A DNA stretch of 32,000 nucleotides from NCBI RefSeq assembly GCF_001412615.1, contig NZ_CP013011.1, forward strand, positions 990,001-1,022,000. Reading direction: 5' to 3'. This document shows positions 11,492-20,820 of this stretch, piece by piece (within the stretch, counting starts at the first letter, position 1; every line of letters begins with the position of its first letter). The stretch comes from Pyrodictium delaneyi. GTDB taxonomy: Archaea > Thermoproteota > Thermoprotei_A > Sulfolobales > Pyrodictiaceae. The translations under genes were made by a program, and so were the position numbers. The notes under the pieces are model-generated. The model saw only the letters and a list, made by a program, of their open reading frames with translations, did not search any database and was not told where the DNA came from.

Positions 11492-12123
11492 GCAACAGCC
11501 TCCTTAGCAGCCTTTACCTTCTCAACAACATCACGGTAGTCTTCTAGTATTTTACTCTTAACCTCCTCAAAATGCTTAGGCAGATCTTCGGGGCGTAGAC
11601 CTCTCTTGAGGTATAGGCTGAATCTGCGCTCGTAAAGCTCTGGGTTCTCCTGGGCAAGCATAGCAGCATACTTGGCTATATGTTCGCCTCGTATCCTGTA
11701 ATCCTCCGGGAATATCTCTTCGCTGTGTGGCACTTCTAGTCCGGCATCGACAGCTCCCTTGAGAGCAGCAAAGACCCTAGCGCCGCGTACTGGCCTGTGT
11801 AGCCCTATGTCGAGTACCGCGTAGTCTATACCCGCCTTGAGGGCGCGCAGGGCAGCAAGCATACCGGTGAGGTAGGCTGCCGAGGTGTTCTTCGTTCCGC
11901 CTAGCCAACCATAACGCTTCACGAGCTCTCTGCTATGAGCCGCAGCAACTGTTACATCGCCTTGAGGTTTAGCAATGATTACCTGAACCCAGATGTACTT
12001 GTTAGTCTTCCTAACGACTAGCCTGGGCTTACCAGAGAGTACCATAATGTAGCGCTTATAGTAGTTGGTCTTACCCTCCCTACGCCGCCTCCTCGGCACC
12101 TTGTATCTTGGTCCATGAGCCAT
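11488..12123 (-). CDS. rpl18: 50S ribosomal protein L18 (uL18)
   Basis: [25 protein letters not shown]...[16 protein letters not shown]. Confidence 0.9.
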   Translation of the reverse strand: MAHGPRYKVPRRRRREGKTNYYKRYIMVLSGKPRLVVRKTNKYIWVQVIIAKPQGDVTVAAAHSRELVKRYGWLGGTKNTSAAYLTGMLAALRALKAGIDYAVLDIGLHRPVRGARVFAALKGAVDAGLEVPHSEEIFPEDYRIRGEHIAKYAAMLAQENPELYERRFSLYLKRGLRPEDLPKHFEEVKSKILEDYRDVVEKVKAAKEAVA

Positions 12124-12393
12124 GACAGTCCACCGGCCCTAACCGCGTACCCGGTGCGGAGAAGCGCAACCCCACACTCCCTTAATAAATACAAATCGTA
12201 GAGAGGGGCACAGTTTCCCTCTGTTACCTTACCACACCCTGAGCCCATTACGTAAACAAGGGGAGCACACAAAGGCTAGCATAAAGAGGTTTAACTAGCC
12301 AACCGAGCTTTATAAGCAGACTATACCAGACGGGTAGGAGGATTGTTAGGAGTATGGGAATCAAAGAAGAGTATTGAGTATTATGAGAAAGTT

Positions 12394-12858
12394 CTATTTG
12401 CGGACGCTTGTAGGGTATCCGTGTTCTTCTAGCCATCTCTTGAGCGACGCAAATGTTGGGAACATTCCGCCCTTAGCCCACATGTAGAGCTTTCTGTAGG
12501 TCCTCCTGTCTATTACACCATGGTCACGAAGGTAGCGGAGGTATCTTCTCATCTTACGTATCCGGTGCATCCATTCCTCCTTGGGGTCACGCCTCGCCGA
12601 GGCTTCGCCCTTCCGTCTACCGTAGCCACGGTGCCTGCCCTTCTTCCTGGCCTCGTGCCTCTCACGCCAGCGACCCCGAGAGGGGCTGTGCTTAGGCTTG
12701 ACTTTTATCACGCCTTCCTTGATTAGGCGGCGCACCTCTTCCCTAGTGATGGCACTAGCTACATCGTCTATTCTGGAAGGATCTATCCATATCCTCGACT
12801 CGCCTACACCCAGTATCTCTGCCGCGAGTCTACGCTGCATGGACAAATCCTGAGCCAT
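12394..12858 (-). CDS. rpl19e: 50S ribosomal protein L19e (eL19)
   Basis: [23 protein letters not shown]...[25 protein letters not shown]. Confidence 0.9.
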   Translation of the reverse strand: MAQDLSMQRRLAAEILGVGESRIWIDPSRIDDVASAITREEVRRLIKEGVIKVKPKHSPSRGRWRERHEARKKGRHRGYGRRKGEASARRDPKEEWMHRIRKMRRYLRYLRDHGVIDRRTYRKLYMWAKGGMFPTFASLKRWLEEHGYPTSVRK

Positions 12859-12932
12859 TCTTAGGCCACCCCGCAGCCTCTCCCAGCTCCCTGACCTCGG
12901 AGAGCAATCACCCCGGTATAAGAAAGAGGTGC

Positions 12933-13322
12933 TTATGCGTTTGCTACACGGAAGCCCTTAGCACGCGCCTTCTCTAGTATCTGCTGACGTTTCCTCAGCC
13001 CGACTCCCGCCGCTATGTATATTATGTGTCTTGACGGGTCCAGCCTGTCTAGCTCTGAGGGACTGCTCACACGTACAGGTTCTAGCCCAGTAGGGTGTAG
13101 TCCACGTACTGCTGCTGGTGCTCGGTACCCGACATCCACTACTGGAGGTCTACCCTTCAGCCGTAGCCTCATAGGATTGTCTATACCCTTTGGTTTACGC
13201 CACTTCGGGTCATTCTTGAACTTGGGGAATTTCCACCATAGTGTACGTAGGAACTCAGGTTTCTTGGACTTCAGCAAACGCCTTACTCTAAGCAGCCTCT
13301 CTATATCTTTGCCACGCTCCAT
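12933..13322 (-). CDS. rpl32e: 50S ribosomal protein L32e (eL32)
   Basis: [39 protein letters not shown]. The start shares 1 nt with the rpl6 stop (TAATG). Confidence 0.9.
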   Translation of the reverse strand: MERGKDIERLLRVRRLLKSKKPEFLRTLWWKFPKFKNDPKWRKPKGIDNPMRLRLKGRPPVVDVGYRAPAAVRGLHPTGLEPVRVSSPSELDRLDPSRHIIYIAAGVGLRKRQQILEKARAKGFRVANA

Positions 13323-13927
13323 TACTCAGCCACCCCCTTTTCATAGATGTATATACCGTCTACGAAAACACGTCTGTCCTTATCCTTAACCTTTGTAGCG
13401 AGTTCTATGTTGGCCGCTGTCTGGCCTACAGCCTCTATATCTATACCCTCAACAATGACATCGTCCTTCTGGACCTTTACCGTAACGCCCGGCATTATCC
13501 TAGCAACACGCGGCGCCTTCTCGCCAAGGAAGTTCTCTATGACTACCTTGTCACCCTGCACTTTAACTGTTACAGGGAAGTGTGAGAACACTATCTTTAG
13601 CTTATACCTGAAGCCCTTAGTTACACCAGTAATCATGTTTTCTATGTGAGCTGCTATTGTACCCACTAGTGCCTTAAGCCTCCTATTGGCGAAGTATGCC
13701 TCAACTACTACCTTCTTACCTTCTTCGTCCTCGTCGACCCTTATTATCACACCGCGTGCATGCGAGAAGTCTCTCGTTAGTTCCCCCTTGGGACCTCGGA
13801 CAGTAACTTTTAACCCATCTACACTTACCTCTACACCTTCTGGTATAGGCACCTCCTCAGCTATATGTACAAGTTTAGCCATCCTGCCGCACACCCCTTT
13901 ACTGCATGTAGATGTAGCGATGAGCAT
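13322..13927 (-). CDS. rpl6: 50S ribosomal protein L6 (uL6)
   Basis: [29 protein letters not shown]...[18 protein letters not shown]. The likely start is ATG at 13882 (MAKLVHI...). Confidence 0.9.
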   Translation of the reverse strand: MLIATSTCSKGVCGRMAKLVHIAEEVPIPEGVEVSVDGLKVTVRGPKGELTRDFSHARGVIIRVDEDEEGKKVVVEAYFANRRLKALVGTIAAHIENMITGVTKGFRYKLKIVFSHFPVTVKVQGDKVVIENFLGEKAPRVARIMPGVTVKVQKDDVIVEGIDIEAVGQTAANIELATKVKDKDRRVFVDGIYIYEKGVAE

Positions 13928-14021
13928 GAGGTTGTAACGCCACTACCTCCCGCACAGATGCTTCTACAAACCCCAGGAGGCTGACGACAAGCCTAGACAC
14001 TGTAAAATTAGGTAATGCCCG

Positions 14022-14423
14022 CTAGTAGACGTATGCTAACAGTACACCACCTATCTTACGCTCTAGTGCTTCGCGATGCGACATTACTCCCTGGCTTGTC
14101 GACAGTATCAGTATACCGATATCCCTGCTTGGTAGATACTTACGAAGCCACTCTGGCATTCTGATTAGGTCGGTGTACTTCACAGAATATCTTGGCTTAA
14201 TGACGCCGGCCTTATTTATACGGCCTAGTAGTCTTACGCGTATCTTGCCCCAGCGACCATCATCTATATATTCAAACTCACCTATGTAGCCCTCTCGCTG
14301 CATGACGCGGAGTACATTAGCTATCAGCTTCGACGCTGGCATTATGACTACTTCCGGCTTGGCCCTCATCTCAGCGTTAACTATAGCAGCCATCGCGTTA
14401 GCAAGTGTATCAAGCATAACCAT
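14022..14423 (-). CDS. rps8: 30S ribosomal protein S8 (uS8)
   Basis: [18 protein letters not shown]...[17 protein letters not shown]...GGVLLAYVY. Confidence 0.92.
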   Translation of the reverse strand: MVMLDTLANAMAAIVNAEMRAKPEVVIMPASKLIANVLRVMQREGYIGEFEYIDDGRWGKIRVRLLGRINKAGVIKPRYSVKYTDLIRMPEWLRKYLPSRDIGILILSTSQGVMSHREALERKIGGVLLAYVY

Positions 14424-14447
14424 CCTGTATCACCCCGCTATGCCTGA

Positions 14448-14612
14448 TCACATATACTTACGGAAGCCTAGACTAACTGCTAGCTCGCGGAAACACTGGC
14501 GACAGAGCATCAATCCATACTTCTTTATTACAGCATCGTGGCTGCCACAACGCTGACACTTGTATGCGCCCTTACCGTACTTTACTACTCTAGGCGGCCT
14601 ATACTTCCCCAT
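14448..14612 (-). CDS. rps14: 30S ribosomal protein S14 type Z (uS14, zinc-binding); below the ORF-track size cutoff
   Basis: My own translation of the minus strand gives [54 protein letters not shown] (54 aa). It has a CxxC...CxxC zinc ribbon and fills the canonical L5-S14-S8 slot. Confidence 0.88.
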   Translation of the reverse strand: MGKYRPPRVVKYGKGAYKCQRCGSHDAVIKKYGLMLCRQCFRELAVSLGFRKYM

Positions 14613-14645
14613 AACCAGGCACCCCCGAGTCTAGACCCGGCATTT

Positions 14646-15260
14646 CTACCTCGGCTCTATAACTACTCCGAACATCTCGTGTAGAAGCACCATAGACTCT
14701 TCCTTTGTTACACGGTGGCGGCGTGGTATCCTGCTGCGTGCACGCCTCCTCCGTGCTACTCTGTAACCTGGCCTCTCGATGGTTAGTACTACGTCCATTC
14801 CGAATACGCCTATTTCTGGATCGTAGCGTACACCTGGTATAGTTATGTGCTCCTTTATGCCAAACGCTACGTTGCCGAACTCGTCGAACTGGCTAGCCTT
14901 TAGCTTGTTGCCAACAGCCTGGAGCGCCTTGCGTAGGAACTCGATCGCCTTTTCGCGGCGAAGGGTTACAACGGCTGCTATGGGCTCGCCCTTCCTTATG
15001 CCGAAGTCGCGTATTGTCTTCTTAGCCTTTCGTACCGATGGCTTTTGACCGGTTAGCATTTCGAGCACGCGTATAGCCTTCTGTAGTCTCTCGCCGGACT
15101 CGCCGACGCTAATGTTGACTGTAACCTTGACTAGGCGGGGCTTTACCATAGGGTTCTGTTCCCAGCGCTTCTTGATAGCTTCTATCTCTTCCTGTGACAG
15201 TGGAAGCGGGGATGTAGGCTGCTGCACAACCGGCGTATAGCTAAAGTAGCTCATTTCCAT
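14646..15260 (-). CDS. rpl5: 50S ribosomal protein L5 (uL5)
   Basis: [27 protein letters not shown]...[20 protein letters not shown]. Confidence 0.9.
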   Translation of the reverse strand: MEMSYFSYTPVVQQPTSPLPLSQEEIEAIKKRWEQNPMVKPRLVKVTVNISVGESGERLQKAIRVLEMLTGQKPSVRKAKKTIRDFGIRKGEPIAAVVTLRREKAIEFLRKALQAVGNKLKASQFDEFGNVAFGIKEHITIPGVRYDPEIGVFGMDVVLTIERPGYRVARRRRARSRIPRRHRVTKEESMVLLHEMFGVVIEPR

Positions 15261-16021
15261 GCACCCTCCGGGAGGCTTATCCAGGGCTCTTCCTCGGGCG
15301 GTGCAATTACGAAGACGTAATCGAGACTCGTCTGGAGCTTCTCTCCGCGGGCATCCTCAAGCGTGACTATGCTGCCTTTACGTCCAAGGCCGCGCTGTAT
15401 TGACACTATCCTGCCTACACGGCCAACGTTGCGGCCACCGAATACTATGGCCAGGCTACCTACATCGAGCGGTGCATAACCTAGCAGCTCCTGCTGAGGT
15501 ATTGATATCTTTACTGTGCCTAGGGTCTTGTATTCCTTAGCTTCTACTGGGTTCGTTGGGTCGGAGACACGTATGAGCACGTTGCGGCCATCGTGTAGAT
15601 GTAGCTGTATATGTCCACCTTTCACTGTAGACTTGTCTTCCAGCCGTCCTAGCTTGAAACTTGCTTCCTCCTTTGGTATTGGGTGTAGTGTGAAGAAGCG
15701 TACAGGGTACGGGAGTACTCTGTAGGCCTCACCGGTATCAACTATCTCAACTACATCCATGAAGCCTACGGGGTACTTGTAGTTCCTTCTAATTCTACCA
15801 TCTACTTTGAAGTGGCCCTCCGCTATAAGCTTACGAGCCTCACGGCCAGTCTTAGCATAGCCTAGCACATCTCTCACAAGTATCAGTAGCGGTATGGATC
15901 TCTCTATGGGATGAGGGCCCGGCGACGGTTTTACTGTGAAGACGCCAGCACGCTGACGTACGGGCCAGAACTTTGGAGCAGCTAATGTTCTCAGGTGCCT
16001 ACGACCACCCATTCTAGCCAT
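15251..16021 (-). CDS. rps4e: 30S ribosomal protein S4e (eS4)
   Basis: [21 protein letters not shown]...[28 protein letters not shown]. Confidence 0.92.
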   Translation of the reverse strand: MARMGGRRHLRTLAAPKFWPVRQRAGVFTVKPSPGPHPIERSIPLLILVRDVLGYAKTGREARKLIAEGHFKVDGRIRRNYKYPVGFMDVVEIVDTGEAYRVLPYPVRFFTLHPIPKEEASFKLGRLEDKSTVKGGHIQLHLHDGRNVLIRVSDPTNPVEAKEYKTLGTVKISIPQQELLGYAPLDVGSLAIVFGGRNVGRVGRIVSIQRGLGRKGSIVTLEDARGEKLQTSLDYVFVIAPPEEEPWISLPEGAWK

Positions 16022-16052
16022 GCCTTGCCACCCCTAGCGTGGTCCCCATCTG

Positions 16053-16511
16053 CTACTGGGCCTCAGGCTTCTGGCCCCCTATAGACCCCTCTCTCCCGCG
16101 GAGGAGGGCCAGCTGGACTTCGCGCTGACGGCGCTTGCGCTCTATTATCTCGCGGCGCCGCTTATCATCAAGGTTCAGAGACACTATCATGACCTTCGAG
16201 GGGTGCACCGGATAGTAGCGGGGCTCACCACGTGCATTGTTTATCGTGACACCCTCTATGAATATCCTCATACGGCGTAGGTCTACACGTACAACCTTAC
16301 CCTTGTGACCCTTAAAGTCGCCCCGCATCACGACGACTTCGTCGCCTACGCGCACTGGTAGACTCCTTATGCCGTACTGCTTACGTAGCTCGGGACTAAG
16401 AGGTGCAGCCATGAGCTTTTGCCTCTTATGGAGCGGTGCGTTGAAGAGTGCCTTTCTCTGCTTTCGAGGCTGACTCGACTTCACCCAGCGCATCTTACCG
16501 CACCCATTCAT
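16053..16511 (-). CDS. rpl24: 50S ribosomal protein L24 (uL24)
   Basis: [30 protein letters not shown]...[22 protein letters not shown] (KOW). The likely start is ATG at 16493. Confidence 0.9.
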   Translation of the reverse strand: MNGCGKMRWVKSSQPRKQRKALFNAPLHKRQKLMAAPLSPELRKQYGIRSLPVRVGDEVVVMRGDFKGHKGKVVRVDLRRMRIFIEGVTINNARGEPRYYPVHPSKVMIVSLNLDDKRRREIIERKRRQREVQLALLRGREGSIGGQKPEAQ

Positions 16512-16570
16512 ACATCGTCGTGTCCACGTGCTATAAGCAAGCGTTCTAGCAAGACGATAAATATAGGGAT

Positions 16571-16987
16571 TTAGATGATTATGCTAGCTATGTTGGCCAC
16601 CTTTGGCCAGCGCTCCGCCGCCTCGCGGGCGACAGGGCCACGTATTTCGCTACCCTTAGGAGACCCGTCCTGGCTGACGATAACCACTGCATTGTCCTCA
16701 AAGGCTACCCATGTGCCGTCGGGTCTGCGGTATGGCCTCCTCTGCCTTATCACTATAGCGCGTGTTACCTGCTTTCTCATCTCTGGCGTACCCTTCTTCA
16801 CAGTGACAACTACCATGTCGCCTATAGTTGCTGGTGGTATTCTACGTAGACGGCCATGGTACCCTATGACACCTATAATCATGGCCTCCTTGGCGCCACT
16901 ATTGTCGGCTACACGTACATAGCTACCTACCTGTAGACCCGCAGGTATGTGTCTCCGGGGGCCTGCGCCAGCTCCACCCTTCGGCAT
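16571..16987 (-). CDS. rpl14: 50S ribosomal protein L14 (uL14)
   Basis: [24 protein letters not shown]...FEDNAVVIV...[20 protein letters not shown]. Confidence 0.93.
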   Translation of the reverse strand: MPKGGAGAGPRRHIPAGLQVGSYVRVADNSGAKEAMIIGVIGYHGRLRRIPPATIGDMVVVTVKKGTPEMRKQVTRAIVIRQRRPYRRPDGTWVAFEDNAVVIVSQDGSPKGSEIRGPVAREAAERWPKVANIASIII

Positions 16988-17067
16988 AGCAGCTCTACAC
17001 CCCGGGCGCTCGGAGAAACTCGGTTAGAGTTATTTAAGCGGTAGTAAGACACTCTGTGGCTAGGCTT

Positions 17068-17418
17068 TTAGCTCATGGGTTTCTTGCCAACCACGCCTAG
17101 TACCACGAAATGCACCGTCTTCGCTAGAGGTCTAGTCTCGCCGATGATTACTACGTCCCCAGGCTGTGCATTGATGCAGGGAGGGTTGTGTGCGTGTATA
17201 CGGCTTCTCCTCTTCTCGTACCTCTTGTACTTTCTGTCATAGTACACATATTCGCGTTCGACAACAACCGTGTTCTTCATCTTGGCCTTTATGACGACGC
17301 CAGTTAGCACTAGCCCGCGGACTCTGACGCTACCATGCCATGGACATTTCGGGTCACTGCATGTCTTCTCGGGTGGGTTGACGCCAGGTATACCTACGTT
17401 TCTCACCCGCGCGGACAA
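17068..17418 (-). CDS. rps17: 30S ribosomal protein S17 (uS17)
   Basis: VRNVGIPGVNPPEKTCSDPKCPWHGSVRVRG..LTGVV...YEKRRSRIHAHNPPCI. The start must be non-ATG (TTG at 17418 or GTG at 17406), because the next Met falls after conserved residues. Confidence 0.9.
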   Translation of the reverse strand: MSARVRNVGIPGVNPPEKTCSDPKCPWHGSVRVRGLVLTGVVIKAKMKNTVVVEREYVYYDRKYKRYEKRRSRIHAHNPPCINAQPGDVVIIGETRPLAKTVHFVVLGVVGKKPMS

Positions 17419-17713
17419 GCCATCCGACCCCCTTGTACCGTTCTAGCCGCCTAAGACGCTCGGGCTGCACTCCCGGTATTTCTTCTCCTCGTACAACAAC
17501 CCATGTGCCGCTGGGCAGTTGGACTAGGAATATAGCGTTTGCCTTAGAGACCCAGCTTGTGTCTCCAGTATTACGCCTCACGAGAAGACCGCGGCGAGTT
17601 TCGAGTTCTACAACTCCCTCGAGGCCACGGAGAGTCGGATCTGGATGGAGTAGAACATGGATTCTAAGGCCCACGAGGGTATGGAAAACTATATTCCACT
17701 CCGTGTGCTTCAA
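17354..17713 (-). CDS. rnp1: RNase P protein component 1 (Rpp29/Pop4)
   Basis: LVGLRIHVLLHPDPTLRGLEGVVELETRRGLLV matches the Rpp29 Sm-like barrel pattern. The slot between rpl29 and rps17 is canonical, with an ATGA overlap to the rpl29 stop. Confidence 0.8.
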   Translation of the reverse strand: MKHTEWNIVFHTLVGLRIHVLLHPDPTLRGLEGVVELETRRGLLVRRNTGDTSWVSKANAIFLVQLPSGTWVVVRGEEIPGVQPERLRRLERYKGVGWLVRAGEKRRYTWRQPTREDMQ

Positions 17714-17943
17714 GCCTTGCTGCCTGCTCCACGCTGATTTGCAAGTTCTTCCTCACGCATAACAGTAAGGATCCTTGCAATGGTCTTTCTTATAGCGCGT
17801 ATAGCGCCCGGGTTCTCGAGTGTACCGACAGCAGCCTTTAGACGTAGCTTTACTAGTTCTTCACGCAACTCCTCAAGCTTCTTTAGTCTCTCCTCGGCAC
17901 TCATCTTTCTTATATCATCAGTCTTTATCATGTACTTGGTCAC
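17710..17943 (-). CDS. rpl29: 50S ribosomal protein L29 (uL29)
   Basis: IRKMSAEERLKKLEELREELVKLRLKAAVGTLENPGAIRAIRKTIARILTV. Confidence 0.88.
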   Translation of the reverse strand: MTKYMIKTDDIRKMSAEERLKKLEELREELVKLRLKAAVGTLENPGAIRAIRKTIARILTVMREEELANQRGAGSKA

Positions 17944-17978
17944 ACGACCTCACCTCCTGAGAGGGATTGTCTAAGCGC

Positions 17979-18689
17979 CTAGCCAGCTTGTTCCTCTGCC
18001 TCTTCGGGCTTGGCCTCCTTTAGCTTCTCGGCCTCCGCAGCGCGCTGCCTCTCTAGCTCCTCTCGTATCTCCTCTATGAACTCTTTAGCCTCTTCAGGCT
18101 GCTTTATGCGTACATAGTCACTGGGCTTCGCTGGCTTCACTATCGTGACTTCTATACCGAATACACCGGGGTTTAGAGTTATGTGCATAACTGCTCTGTC
18201 GACCATATACTCTACCTGATTGCCAGTAGAGTAGACCTTGCCTATACGCACCTTCTCGTAGCGTGCTCTCTCTGTACGTAGCTTACCACTGATGATTATC
18301 TGGGCACCTATGGCTCCCGCGTTCATTATACGACGTGCCATCACGTTAGCTACACGGCGGTAGTACGCACCCCTCTCCAGGAACACAGCTATTCTAGATG
18401 CCACTACACGAGCGTTGAGGTCCGGGTTCTCTACACGGCGCACCGTTATCTGGGGATTCTGCAAGCCAAACTGCTGCTCGAATATAGCAGCAAGCTGCCT
18501 TATGGTCTCGCCTCTCCGGCCAATAATCATTGCCGGACGCTCAGCATCGATGAAAACCTTAGTGCCTAATGGGAACTGTATTATCTGTACGCCAGCATAG
18601 CCTGCACGATAGAATCTCTTGGCTAGGTATTCGTCTATCTTTGTCTGGGCTATCGACTTCTTTATGAAATGCTTCTTTATAAGTACCAT
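17979..18689 (-). CDS. rps3: 30S ribosomal protein S3 (uS3)
   Basis: A KH domain (AERPAMIIGRRGETIRQL) plus the uS3 C-domain and an acidic/Lys-rich tail. Sits in the L22-S3-L29 slot. Confidence 0.93.
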   Translation of the reverse strand: MVLIKKHFIKKSIAQTKIDEYLAKRFYRAGYAGVQIIQFPLGTKVFIDAERPAMIIGRRGETIRQLAAIFEQQFGLQNPQITVRRVENPDLNARVVASRIAVFLERGAYYRRVANVMARRIMNAGAIGAQIIISGKLRTERARYEKVRIGKVYSTGNQVEYMVDRAVMHITLNPGVFGIEVTIVKPAKPSDYVRIKQPEEAKEFIEEIREELERQRAAEAEKLKEAKPEEAEEQAG

Positions 18690-18691
18690 GG

Positions 18692-19174
18692 TTACTCTTC
18701 CTCCGCCACAACTACCTCTATATGGCTGTACTTCTTGAACCTAGGGGTGGAGCGGCCGAAGGCGCGTGGCATCCACCTCTTAAGCACACGCCCCTTGTGA
18801 ACAGCTATATGTACAATGCGCAGCTTCTCCGTGTCAAGCCCTTTGACCTCAGCGTTGTTGGCCACATTGTCAAGGAGCTTGAGCAGGATACGAGCAGCCT
18901 TGACCGGATAGCGGCCTATCGGCCACTTGTACCTAGCAGCGAGGCCACGGTGGTGAGCCTGCTTTCTAGCATACCTGCGCACAGGTATAGGCTCCTTACC
19001 AGCAGCAACACGCTCGAGAAACTTACGAGCCTCCTCCAGCCTCATACCACGTATGACACGAGCTAACTCGACAATCTTCTTGTACGATATGGGCGCATCC
19101 CATACCATAGCCTTAGCTGAACGCTCCTCGTCAACTCGTACTGAGTAATGCCATGTCGGCAACCCGAGGCCCAC
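18692..19174 (-). CDS. rpl22: 50S ribosomal protein L22 (uL22)
   Basis: AKAMVWDAPISYKKIVELARVIRGMRLEEARKFLERV...IVHIAVHKGRVLKRWMPRAFGRSTPRFKKYSHIEVVV. GTG start at 19174. Confidence 0.9.
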   Translation of the reverse strand: MGLGLPTWHYSVRVDEERSAKAMVWDAPISYKKIVELARVIRGMRLEEARKFLERVAAGKEPIPVRRYARKQAHHRGLAARYKWPIGRYPVKAARILLKLLDNVANNAEVKGLDTEKLRIVHIAVHKGRVLKRWMPRAFGRSTPRFKKYSHIEVVVAEEE

Positions 19175-19221
19175 CTCTCTTGCTACAGCATCCCCAGGAG
19201 GCGCTCACAGCACTGCACGCC

Positions 19222-19228
19222 TAAATAA
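19222..19228 (-). promoter_or_regulatory. TATA-like box (TTATTTA) about 50 nt upstream of the rpl22 start
   Basis: The minus strand reads ...cacTTATTTAggcgtgcag... upstream of GTG 19174. A new promoter is needed if rpl22 is no longer co-transcribed with rpl23. Motif only, with no TSS data. Confidence 0.3.
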
Positions 19229-19677
19229 GTGAATAGAGCGCTACCGGATAGTATCTACGGAGCTGCCGGGGATGAGCGAGCTGACCTGCACAGAGCACAC
19301 GCCGTGACGAGAAGACCATCTGTTGGCGACCCTCGATTCCTCTACTACACCGTAAGAAGTGAAAGTGTTAGGGAGGCCTGACGCCTAGGGGTGGAGCCTC
19401 CACGCGCTCACCGAGCCCCGAGCGACACGGGGCACTCGCGCGGGCCTGCTCCAGCCTAGTGTAGGATCAGACACCTCTATCAAGTCTTCTCTATATTCGC
19501 CCAAGATGCTCCAGTATCCCGACGACCTTTGGATAATGGATGGTGTTGGGGGATTACAATACAGTCTAGGAGGCACATTATACTATATACACTGAACAAG
19601 GATCAGAGTAGAAGTGTGTACCAAATATAGTGGGATACAATGGATATAGACGCCATCTTAAAACCATCGTATGGTGG

Positions 19678-19938
19678 TTAGAGTAGGCCTAGCCGTGCGG
19701 CCACATCAGTGGCGCTGTACTCCTTGGCCAGCTTAACGTAGGCTTTCTTCTCGCCACGGGGAGTTATTAGGGTGTTAACCTTCTCTACCTTGACTCCAAA
19801 CGCTTGTTCAACCGCCCTCTTGATATCATGTTTAGTGGCCTTCCTATCTACTATGAATGTCAGCGTGTTCTGCTCCTCGATTAGTCTCAACGCTTTCTCG
19901 CTCTGTACCGGACGTATTATGATACTCCAGGCGCTCAT
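19678..19938 (-). CDS. rpl23: 50S ribosomal protein L23 (uL23)
   Basis: [64 protein letters not shown]. Confidence 0.9.
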   Translation of the reverse strand: MSAWSIIIRPVQSEKALRLIEEQNTLTFIVDRKATKHDIKRAVEQAFGVKVEKVNTLITPRGEKKAYVKLAKEYSATDVAARLGLL

Positions 19939-19952
19939 TGTACGACACCCCC

Positions 19953-20783
19953 TTAGGCTAGTAGTATTCCATCAAACCTCTTAGATAGTTCACTCAGTGC
20001 GGACTTGCTAACTACTGTTAGTCTCCCAGGTACACCGCCAGGAGCAAGCTGTAGCACGTTGACATGCCAAGGGTCTGCTACATCTACACCAGGTAGGCTT
20101 GAGACAGCCCTTGCAAGTGGAGACTTGTGGTTGCTTAGTATGAAGAGTATACTCCGCGGTGTTATGTACCGCCTCCCGCGACGCTTACCCTTACCAGCGC
20201 GTATCCTTGTCCTCTCCTTTGCGCGCTCTATGTCGACCCAGACGCCTAGCTTCTCTAGGAGTGCACGTGCCTCGCGAACCCTGGTTATAGCTGTCTCAAC
20301 CTCATCATCTATGACTATTGGGAGGACCTCTGCCGTGAACTTGTGGCCACGCTTTTCGACGAATTCCTTCCTAGCAGTAGCAGCCAGCGCCGAAGCTGTA
20401 GCAAGCTTCTTCTCCTTCTTGTTGATCTCCTCGTGTATCCTCTTCTCTACGCGAGGTGGGTGCGCCAGGTGACCGCCTACAGCAGAGTTTATGAAGGCTG
20501 CACGACCTAGGCCGGGGATGCGAGGCACTCTGGCAATACCTAAGCCTACTCCAAAGCTCCTAGCAGTCGTCCTCTTGCCAGCCATGGGGTCGCGGCCCTT
20601 AGGCTGGAGTCTCGCTGTGAACTCTGATAGGAATGCGCGTCTTATCAGGTCGACGCGTACCGGCAGCCCATAGACCTTGGGTAGCGCTACCTCGCCGCTC
20701 TTTTCGCCTGCAACGTTGAATACCGGGACGACTGGCGGCTCCGCCGCTAGTAGGAATACCATAGAGCCCACTTTACCTGCCAT
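19953..20783 (-). CDS. rpl4: 50S ribosomal protein L4 (uL4)
   Basis: [27 protein letters not shown]...[10 protein letters not shown]. The likely start is ATG at 20762 (MVFLLAAE...). Confidence 0.9.
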   Translation of the reverse strand: MAGKVGSMVFLLAAEPPVVPVFNVAGEKSGEVALPKVYGLPVRVDLIRRAFLSEFTARLQPKGRDPMAGKRTTARSFGVGLGIARVPRIPGLGRAAFINSAVGGHLAHPPRVEKRIHEEINKKEKKLATASALAATARKEFVEKRGHKFTAEVLPIVIDDEVETAITRVREARALLEKLGVWVDIERAKERTRIRAGKGKRRGRRYITPRSILFILSNHKSPLARAVSSLPGVDVADPWHVNVLQLAPGGVPGRLTVVSKSALSELSKRFDGILLA

Positions 20784-20820
20784 AGTATCGCACCCCAGGG
20801 GCTGCTGCCATGCTAAAGGG

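Noticed and set aside
12018-12436. 84-aa and 62-aa minus-strand ORFs between rpl19e and rpl18
   Set aside because: Both overlap the ends of flanking r-protein genes out of frame and have no motifs. The gap is better explained as regulatory or non-coding.
19385-19576. 63-aa GTG-start ORF inside the L23-L22 scar
   Set aside because: It has no resemblance to L2, S19 or any family I recognise. It has no SD and a Pro/Arg/Ser-rich composition. I treat it as non-coding, although the region itself is reported as a finding.
19175-19677. Possibility that the scar encodes RNase P RNA, SRP (7S) RNA or a tRNA
   Set aside because: I found no GAGGAAAGTCC-type CR-I motif, no GGTTC(G/A)AATCC T-arm and no recognisable SRP helix-8 motif on either strand. 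The only structure seen is a pair of local GC-rich hairpins.
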